From positions 1-64,000 of the forward strand of contig JAPEUD010000075.1 of the NCBI GenBank assembly GCA_026026165.1: DNA of 64,000 nt, in the 5' to 3' direction. The DNA is from Sarea resinae (lineage: Eukaryota). The notes beneath the pieces are model-generated. The model made no database searches. It worked only from the letters and a program-made list of their open reading frames with translations, and was not told the origin of the DNA. Below, piece after piece: positions 54,949 through 64,000 of this stretch. Positions within the stretch are counted from its first letter, which is position 1. Each line of letters opens with the position of its first letter. The translations under genes and the position numbers were made by a program.

Positions 54949-57645
54949 TCACTTAATGTCTTCCTTTGCTTTCGAAGAGATGGATGGCTCGCCGTCAGAA
55001 TCGTTCGGCTTATCTGGAAGATAGGCTGTAAGAGCTCCACGAAACTTGCCCAACTCTCGCGCAGTTGCGACCCATAACTCGTCAAATTCCGACCGAAGCG
55101 CGCTCAGCTCGTCCTTTGCCGTGTCAATGGCTTCCTTGAGTGCTCCAATCATCTCGGTCTTTGTTGTGAGGTGTGTGGTGTCCTGAGTAAGTTGGTAGTA
55201 GGCTGCGCGCATCTTGTCGAGGTCGTCTAAGCGCTGCTCAAGTTCTTCCTTACCGCGCTCGAGATTTTCTTTGTCGGTATGGATAATTTGAACCAACTTC
55301 TTGAGTTCGTCGAGCTCTCTTCGGGGATCATGAACGTTAGAGACCGCGGAGTCTAGGTGCCTTATGAACTCCGCTTGCTCTTGAAGAGTCTGTTGCAGTA
55401 GCTCTTGATTCTGAGAAAGCCTATCGAACGCCTCTTGTTTGACTTTGAGGTTCTCGAGCTCGGCCTGAACCTTGCTCGCATACGGATACATCTCCTGCAT
55501 CTGATTCACAATACTTTTGAACAGTTCCTCTGTCGTCAAATTGTTGATCCTGGTTTCGATGCTCCGTAATGCGTCTGCTAAGACTTTGAACCATTCGGCA
55601 TGACGTCCAATGGTATTCTGCTGCTCTGTGACGGCGGTGCGAATTGCGACATCAGTCGAACCGTTGTTAGCAGGACTTTGCTGTCGAGCTGCTGGGGATT
55701 GATTATGGACCATCTTATTGCAAGCTGCTACAGCCGCGTTTGCAAGATTCAGCTTATCAATAAGCTGGCTTGTAATCTGGGTTATCTTGCTCCGATTGAG
55801 CTCAACATCTTTTTTGGTAGTATCGAAGTCTTTTTTAATAGCATCAGTAACTTCTTTGAAAGCCCACACGTCTTTTTTAACGGCCTCAACGGCATCAATC
55901 AACATCGAATTTGCTTCTTCCTGCGAATCCCGCAAGGATTGATGATTTTCGAACAGAAATGTAACATTTTGCTGAAGCCGCTCCAGGGAAGCGCTGGAGT
56001 TATCCTGGCCTATTGCGCCATTAGAGGTATTTTTAGGCGTATCATCCGCAACATTTGTGGACTTGGCTTCGAGAACCGTGACTCGTTGTCCAAACTCCGT
56101 CTCAAAGTTACAAAAATCATCGTACAAATCCTTGAATGCTGTTCGAAGCTTCGAGACAGTCCCTTCAAGCTGCGCAGCATACGCTACCAGGCCTTCGCCC
56201 TCTGTCTCGCCTGATACCATGAGTTTCATCTCTTTCAGCTCCGAGGCTAGTCTCTCTGTAGTATCCTTCAATTGTTGTACTTCTGAACGAATTTCTTCAG
56301 GCTGGGAGGATTTCTGAGTTTTAAGCTCTTCTGAAATTTCGTCCAGCCTGGAACTTAGATTCGAGACATCTTTGAGGTCGTTGGACCGAGAGCGCTCGTA
56401 ATGGTCGACGTATGCTGAGATCTTCTCATGTCGGACAGCCAAATCCGTGATCTGCTCAAGAAGATTGGAAAGTTTTTCATCGGATTGGGATTGCTTAAGA
56501 TGAGCCGCTTCGGCTGAGGCCACTTCGACTTTGGATCGCAGATCTGAAACATCCTCCCTAAGCTGAGAAACTTCTGTAACCTCGACTTTTGATCGAAGAT
56601 CTGACACATCCTTCCGAAGCTGCGAAACTCCTGTGACCTCAGACTTTGCGGTCTCTAGCTGATTCATCATTGTTTCTTCCTTCCCTTTCAGACTTTGCTT
56701 GTGCATAAAATGATCGCCTTTCAAGTTCTTTAGAGAGTCTTTCGTGATCGATAATTCGTGCTCCAGCTTGGAAAAATCGCCTTGCAAGGTTTGAAAAGAT
56801 TGTGGCAGCTCGTTTTCAAGCTTCCAAATGTGAGACTTAAGCGCGCGTAATTCGTTTTCAAGCTTGTGAACCTTCCTGCTTTCATTGTTATAGCTGACCT
56901 TATCGTCATTAACAGCACCATTCGCTGACAGAAGCTTTACGGCGAGTTCCTCAACAATTTTGCCACGAGCAAATTCGTCTTGCTTCAACTTTTCATCCAA
57001 GCGTGTGAATTCCTTCCGAGCCTGGATCTTAGATTGCTCCTGTTGTTCAGCCAGAGCAGGGAATTCCAAGTGGTGTTTTCTGTCTCTGGAATAGTCGTCT
57101 TCCATCTTAGCTAGGTGTCTTTCTGCATAGTCTCGTTGAATTCTCACTGTAGCGATCATTGCCGCATGATCGGAAAAGTCGTGAAGAGCACCCATAAGCT
57201 GGCTAAGCTGCTGATTGAAAGGCTTTTGAGTGGAATTTACCGCCCTAGGCGAGCTGACTTGGCCTGCGCTCCATACGGACTCAGCCGGAAAACGTGGTGC
57301 CAAAGGCGCATCGTAACCCTGTTTGTCGTAGTAGGACTGAGGCTCTTGATGGCTTGGATCGCCCCAACGGCTATGCTGCGAAGAGTGGCGCCTGCTCTCG
57401 TTTGGCATAGAGTCTTGAACGTGACTGCTGCCAAGTGAAGTTTGGCTGTGGGTCCGATCCAGATTCGGTCGTGCGCGGTCCGTCGCAGGAGACGCCCTCT
57501 TTAAATCACTGTTCTGTCGGCTCGTCCTACTGTCTCTGCTCGAGCTCCGTGGTCCTGGAGAGCGAGCAGTCCAACTTCCTTTTCTGCTGGGGTCTTTATC
57601 GATTTTGCGCGACACTCTGTTGTCGAACCAATTATCGTCGCCCAT
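54949..57645 (-). CDS. Uncharacterised long coiled-coil protein (898 aa)
   Basis: Long intronless ORF with S/R-rich N-terminus, extended heptad-like E/L/K/Q-rich segments and an internal 19-aa tandem duplication; family not recognised. Confidence 0.75.
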   Translation of the reverse strand: MGDDNWFDNRVSRKIDKDPSRKGSWTARSPGPRSSSRDSRTSRQNSDLKRASPATDRARPNLDRTHSQTSLGSSHVQDSMPNESRRHSSQHSRWGDPSHQEPQSYYDKQGYDAPLAPRFPAESVWSAGQVSSPRAVNSTQKPFNQQLSQLMGALHDFSDHAAMIATVRIQRDYAERHLAKMEDDYSRDRKHHLEFPALAEQQEQSKIQARKEFTRLDEKLKQDEFARGKIVEELAVKLLSANGAVNDDKVSYNNESRKVHKLENELRALKSHIWKLENELPQSFQTLQGDFSKLEHELSITKDSLKNLKGDHFMHKQSLKGKEETMMNQLETAKSEVTGVSQLRKDVSDLRSKVEVTEVSQLREDVSDLRSKVEVASAEAAHLKQSQSDEKLSNLLEQITDLAVRHEKISAYVDHYERSRSNDLKDVSNLSSRLDEISEELKTQKSSQPEEIRSEVQQLKDTTERLASELKEMKLMVSGETEGEGLVAYAAQLEGTVSKLRTAFKDLYDDFCNFETEFGQRVTVLEAKSTNVADDTPKNTSNGAIGQDNSSASLERLQQNVTFLFENHQSLRDSQEEANSMLIDAVEAVKKDVWAFKEVTDAIKKDFDTTKKDVELNRSKITQITSQLIDKLNLANAAVAACNKMVHNQSPAARQQSPANNGSTDVAIRTAVTEQQNTIGRHAEWFKVLADALRSIETRINNLTTEELFKSIVNQMQEMYPYASKVQAELENLKVKQEAFDRLSQNQELLQQTLQEQAEFIRHLDSAVSNVHDPRRELDELKKLVQIIHTDKENLERGKEELEQRLDDLDKMRAAYYQLTQDTTHLTTKTEMIGALKEAIDTAKDELSALRSEFDELWVATARELGKFRGALTAYLPDKPNDSDGEPSISSKAKEDIK

Positions 57646-58418
57646 CGTTACATTCCTGGGGCTACTTGGCTGATTGTCAGCCGTGAAGTTCCTGCTCCTC
57701 GAGTGTTTCTGCCACGTACCGATTTATCCCCAGATCTTTTGAGCTGCGGCGATGCTGTGTCCGCTTGAATTTTCTGCCCACATTTCAGGAACGCGTGCAT
57801 GGACGGCGTGGGCGCAGGCTACTTCCTGTGACCAGTGGAAGAGAAGCCGGTTGGAGCGCAACAAATCGAAATCGTGTGGTGATGGAATTATGAAGGGAGC
57901 AGATGGCTGTCTCGCTAGATTTACGGGAGGGTCGCCAAGTTTGACGTTTGGACAGCGTGTTGACATAGAGCGGACGACGACAGCTGGAAATGTCTGGCGA
58001 TCTCTCGCGACTGGCAATGGGCGCGAGCTTGATATGCGGTCAGTCGCAGGGTGATAAGGTCAAGATATAGAGCGTCTTGGAGACATCGAACGGGCGCCAC
58101 GGCACGGGAAAGCGGTCACAGCCCCGATCGTAGTTGTAACAGGAGCTTGGCTCATGGAGCAGGGACAGCACATATATATGCTTTGCGTAAATGAAATTGA
58201 TGGATATCATGCGGTTGCCCTTTCAATATCGTCCAGGATTGAGTGGGTGGGCGCTTAACGTGAGCTACAGCGATTTAGACGAAATTAGACGCTGACGCAC
58301 TGAGTGCACGCTTCCCCTACCGTAATTTCTAGCTATTGCTGATCGTCACGGCGCGAACATTGATATCTGCTCTAGCCCATCGCCAGATAATTCTTCCTTT
58401 CTTTCTTCATCGGCAAAC

Positions 58419-59992
<1,574 letters not shown>

Positions 59993-62298
59993 TCTTTTTG
60001 ATGGATGGGCAGAGGAATTTTCTCTTTCATATTTTCGTGATCTCATCTTTTCTTTGTCTACCTACCTTACCTCTCCTACTCAGCCTACTCCTCTTGTCTC
60101 ATGGCTGCTCCTACACTATTTGCAAATCTCGCCGTTTGGCTACCAGTGGTTTCACCCCCTTTTCTTCGCGTCCGTTTCGCTTTGTTCCTTCCCTTTTTTC
60201 CTTTCTGAGTGTTTTGAAAGAGAAAAAAAGTTTTCATAGAATCTCGACTGGATGGATGGCTTGCTGGATGGGTACGATTGATGGCAGGGTTGGCAGGGTT
60301 GCATGTATACTAGCGCGGGAGTTTAGTTTTACCTTTTCCAATCAGTCACACATCGTCGAACTCCGTTCTGGTCTAGCAATGCAAGCCTGGCCTTCTACTA
60401 GACACTGTGACTTTAACACTTTGTCCCATTATGGGAAGTGAAAAGGAGAAAAGACGCCGGAAGGGGGCCCGGAAGTGTGTGTGGGGGAAGGGAATATCTA
60501 ATTCAATCCAAGTATCAAGCTCTGGAAAGACATTCATTCGCACCTTCGTAAGGTAAGGTCAGCAAAGAGGGAGATATGTACGAATACGTATGTACGAAGC
60601 ATCCATGTAGACTATCTCATCTCTTCACCTATTCAGTCACTCAGCCGCCCAGTCAGCCATGCAATCATATCCTCTCTACTTCATCCATCCATCCATCTAT
60701 CCATTCGTCTTTCTATGCCACGCCACTTGTACCTTCTGGCAAGTGAATGCGCGTATGAATGCGCTGATAGTGGAGGGAGGAGGGCTCGGGTATGGTAACG
60801 TCACAAGAGGGGCAAGCTGGGCCTACGCTGAAAGGGTGTGGGTCTGGTGAATTGAAAGTGAAATGAAGTAGGGCGCGGGCAAAAGACATGGTGAAGTAGG
60901 ACGAGTGAAAGGCAAGATGGGGTTTGAGAAGGTGAAGTATCGGGGTGAAGCATTAGGGTGAAGTAAAATGACGTGGCAACCCCGGGTTTCAACACCCTCA
61001 TACTCATCCATCATCTACTGTCTGCTATGCACTATACCATATACTATACACTACACTACACTATACACTTGACTATACTCGGAGTATACTATACCATGCA
61101 TCCTTCTCCCCCGTATCATTCTCACTGGGAGAAAGAGGAGGCTATACATACAAAGCCGGACATACGAGACTGGTTAGAAGAGAGAAGGCGAGGCGGCCAG
61201 GGAAAAAAGGGTGGGGAGGGAATGGGGGAAGAGCGAGAAAGTCCTGCATTTGCACATGCACAGTGTATACATTGGTCGATCAAGCCGATTCAGTGGCACA
61301 GCTGACACAGCTCGAACGTGGAAGCGATTCATTGAGAACGTAAGAAAGGACATTGGAACGAGACATGGGAAAGAGAAAAACGAAAGAGACAAAGGAGATA
61401 CAAAAGAAAGAAAAAGATAAAGGACAAAGACAAAGGAAAAACATATGAAAGAGACAAATGAAAGCGACAAAGGAAATGACAAACAAACTAGACAAAAAAG
61501 TCTAGTTATCCAGCTATCATGTCCATATCCATAGCTGTTCCCGTTATCGTCATCATCCTGACACTGATGAGGATCTTCTTGGTTCGCCGTGAAGCGCCTT
61601 TGGTATATAGACAGGCGCAGATATAGGCGTCACAGAAGTAGACGTCGTACGTATGGAGACATGTTTCCTGCCTCGGTATGGATGGGTATGAATGGGTATG
61701 CCGGAATGAAACAGCAAAGACCATGGAATGCTGGGAGAGGTAAAGCTGGACAACATCGAAGGGACACAAAATTGAGATAGATCTTGTCTTGGAGCGTGCT
61801 CGCTCCGTTTCCTAGCTAGACTCTGCTGGCAGAGACAAACTGCTGATTGAGCATCCGAGCGAGAACGGCGCTACTTGCGAGCTTGATGAGAGGAGAGCAG
61901 AACAAGAGAAGAGAAGTTGGTCCCTCCTTCTGCTTCTATTCCTGCTTTTGCTGGGAAGAAAAACGACGGACGAATGAAATGTCGGACTTCTACGAAAAGT
62001 CCGATATCCGTATCAGAAACTGATACGTCGAAAAAAGTAACGAAACGAGAGCGAAGGACTTCTCGTGCTTCACATAATCCAGCCACACTTTTGGGAGCTG
62101 CATCAGGCTTGGATTGGAAGAAAGAAAAGGCCATGCGAGCTTTACAGCGAGAAGCACCAGGGCATGTACCTCTGTCAGAACAGGACACAGGATCTTTGCC
62201 AATCAGGCGGTTACCAATGTCCAAATTACGTGCAGATAGTCCGGACTACACACTAGAGCCAACACATCCTCACCTCCGACCTTGACTGTCATGACCCT

Positions 62299-62359
62299 GA
62301 AGGACGCGCGGTGGACCGCCAACAACTCTCACTTGTTGGCAGTCCACCACGCGACCTTC
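62299..62359 (-). other. 27-bp inverted repeat / RNA hairpin with 7-nt loop
   Basis: Arms 62299-62325 and 62333-62359: 24 Watson-Crick pairs, 2 G-U pairs (minus strand), 1 mismatch. Confidence 0.85.
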
Positions 62360-63198
62360 GGTCCCTCGGGTTCCCTGGTCTTCGAAGCAGCTCGACCCCT
62401 TTGCCCCAGATCCATCTCTTCGCCGGTTGATTCCAGCTCTTCGACGACGTCATTGATCTCTGCCAGCTGCTGCCTAACCATACTTCTGACTCGGTCGGCA
62501 CGACACATTGGTTCGGCCTGGCCCTGCTGAGGTTGCTGCTGATCCGGAAGACTTCTCACCGGCATTGGCCCCAATTCTATTTCTTCCATTCCGTTGTCAT
62601 TCAACGAATACCCGTGGTCATAGCCAGGTATCACGATGGGAATGTGTCTTCCGCTTCCGCCGCCACGGCCTCTGGTAGAACTAGGGGTGGTGGTGCGTGG
62701 GATGTGATGAGAAGCCCTGGTCGGGCTGGGAAGATGAACGATGGCAGAGTTAGGGATATGGCCGCCGGTGGTCCTGGTGCTTGTGAAGAAAGCCGTTCTG
62801 TCTAGCGATGCGTTTCTCGCACCAAGGTCGTCGTTGGGGCCAGTCACGAATATCGGGTTGTTAGGATTGGGATCATTCGTCATCCCAGCCGAAGTTATAT
62901 GATATAGTGGTCTGGGCGCAATTCCGGCATGAAGTGATCCGAAGGGATCTATCTCGGGACGAACATCCGCTAGAGTGTGGTGTCCGGCGTGATTATTTGA
63001 GAATATGTCGTGGTTGGCGGTGGCCGGTTGCGTAAGTGACGGAGTGAGAGCAAGAGAAATGCTGTCCCCATCGTGGTGGTCCTGGCGGCTGGCTTGTTGG
63101 CCAGCGCGTGCGTCTTCCTCAACGATGGTAGTCTGTGCTGCTTGGCGGCGGTCGTGACGGGCCTGGTTCCAGTCCCTGTTTGGTTGGTGATTAGACAT
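62329..63198 (-). CDS. Orphan disordered protein (~289 aa from first ATG); true 3' end uncertain
   Basis: Long ORF; the track start at 63348 is a non-ATG codon and the first ATG is at 63198. No recognisable domain; the stop codon lies in a hairpin loop (see findings). Confidence 0.45.
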   Translation of the reverse strand: MSNHQPNRDWNQARHDRRQAAQTTIVEEDARAGQQASRQDHHDGDSISLALTPSLTQPATANHDIFSNNHAGHHTLADVRPEIDPFGSLHAGIAPRPLYHITSAGMTNDPNPNNPIFVTGPNDDLGARNASLDRTAFFTSTRTTGGHIPNSAIVHLPSPTRASHHIPRTTTPSSTRGRGGGSGRHIPIVIPGYDHGYSLNDNGMEEIELGPMPVRSLPDQQQPQQGQAEPMCRADRVRSMVRQQLAEINDVVEELESTGEEMDLGQRGRAASKTREPEGPKVAWWTANK

Positions 63199-64000
63199 GT
63201 GAGGTAGAGGAAGATTTGCGGTTTCATGATAGAGCTGAGCTGATAGGAAAGAAATACGAAAGGGTGAGATCAAGATGCCTGAATCGTTCGCACGAGAAAA
63301 GGCCTCTTTCAGACTGATCTGAACTGATCTGAACGAAACAGAACTCAAGAACTTACTGGATCTACAACCACAAATGTTAGTCTCACACTTTCAAGATCTC
63401 AAACGGACGAAAGGAAGGGAAAGAAAGCAAATCAATGATAGACACGAGCAGTTCAAACACATACCTTCCAGGTGATCAACATTCCTATGGCAATCGCTAC
63501 TATCACACCTGCCAACGAGCCGACAATCACTTTAGACGTCATGTCAATCAAAAGACCAGTCATCTTGATTAACATTAGCTGTCTGCAGTCATATAGAAGG
63601 TCTGTATTGGATCACTTACTTTAATGTTATCGATCTGGGTGGTGGCTGTGATGGTTGTTCGATGTTGGTGCGAGATCGTTGTGGGGGTGAGATGCTTGTG
63701 CGAGAAAGAAGGTTCGTTTCGATCGAGGTGTGCGGGCTTTTGAAGTAGGGCATGATCGATTTGTGCAGTGTGCCCAAATGGGTCTTGATAATGGGGATGG
63801 CTGGAAGGTCATGACAGTGAATGTTGTGATGATTGAAGATGTTGGAAGTGAGCACATGATACCCGGAGGCAACAAGAAAGTTGAAAAGCATGGCATAGCA
63901 TGAGATTAGAAGGAGTTGAATTGAGAGATCCGCATCTCTTGGCAGCAATATAGACAGCAATGAATCAATTGAAACAATTCTGAACGTAAACCGTCATAGA

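Overview
Eukaryotic, intron-containing DNA from a filamentous ascomycete (Pezizomycotina; GT..AG introns with CTRAY-type branch sites; exact lineage not determinable here). Two blocks of conserved housekeeping genes are present. The left block holds RFC3, ARC18/ARPC3, TRM6/GCD10, a MINDY-family deubiquitinase, a Cip2/Pin4-like RRM+R3H protein, a secreted GtaA-family protein and HSF1. The right block holds an aldo-keto reductase, H2A.Z, CWC27, SNT1, deoxyhypusine synthase, a coiled-coil protein and RVB2. Between them lies a ~11 kb accessory-looking island (27.9-38.4 kb) with a RIP-like relic, a long fold-back element, a decayed Clr5/integrase-type transposon ORF, a cytochrome P450 and three orphan low-complexity ORFs. 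Two of these orphans are in tandem and end in polybasic+CaaX prenylation signals (CVIM, CTVM); the third is one codon away from one (CGLM-WVGG). Other notable signals are a 27-bp hairpin holding the UGA stop codon of an orphan ORF in its loop (62.3 kb), a strongly structured GC-rich intergenic element with 12-bp direct repeats (10.6-11.0 kb) and three perfect MCB boxes in H2A.Z intron 1. No tRNA, rRNA or CRISPR features were recognised. Exon boundaries and base-pairings were read by eye; no searches were run.
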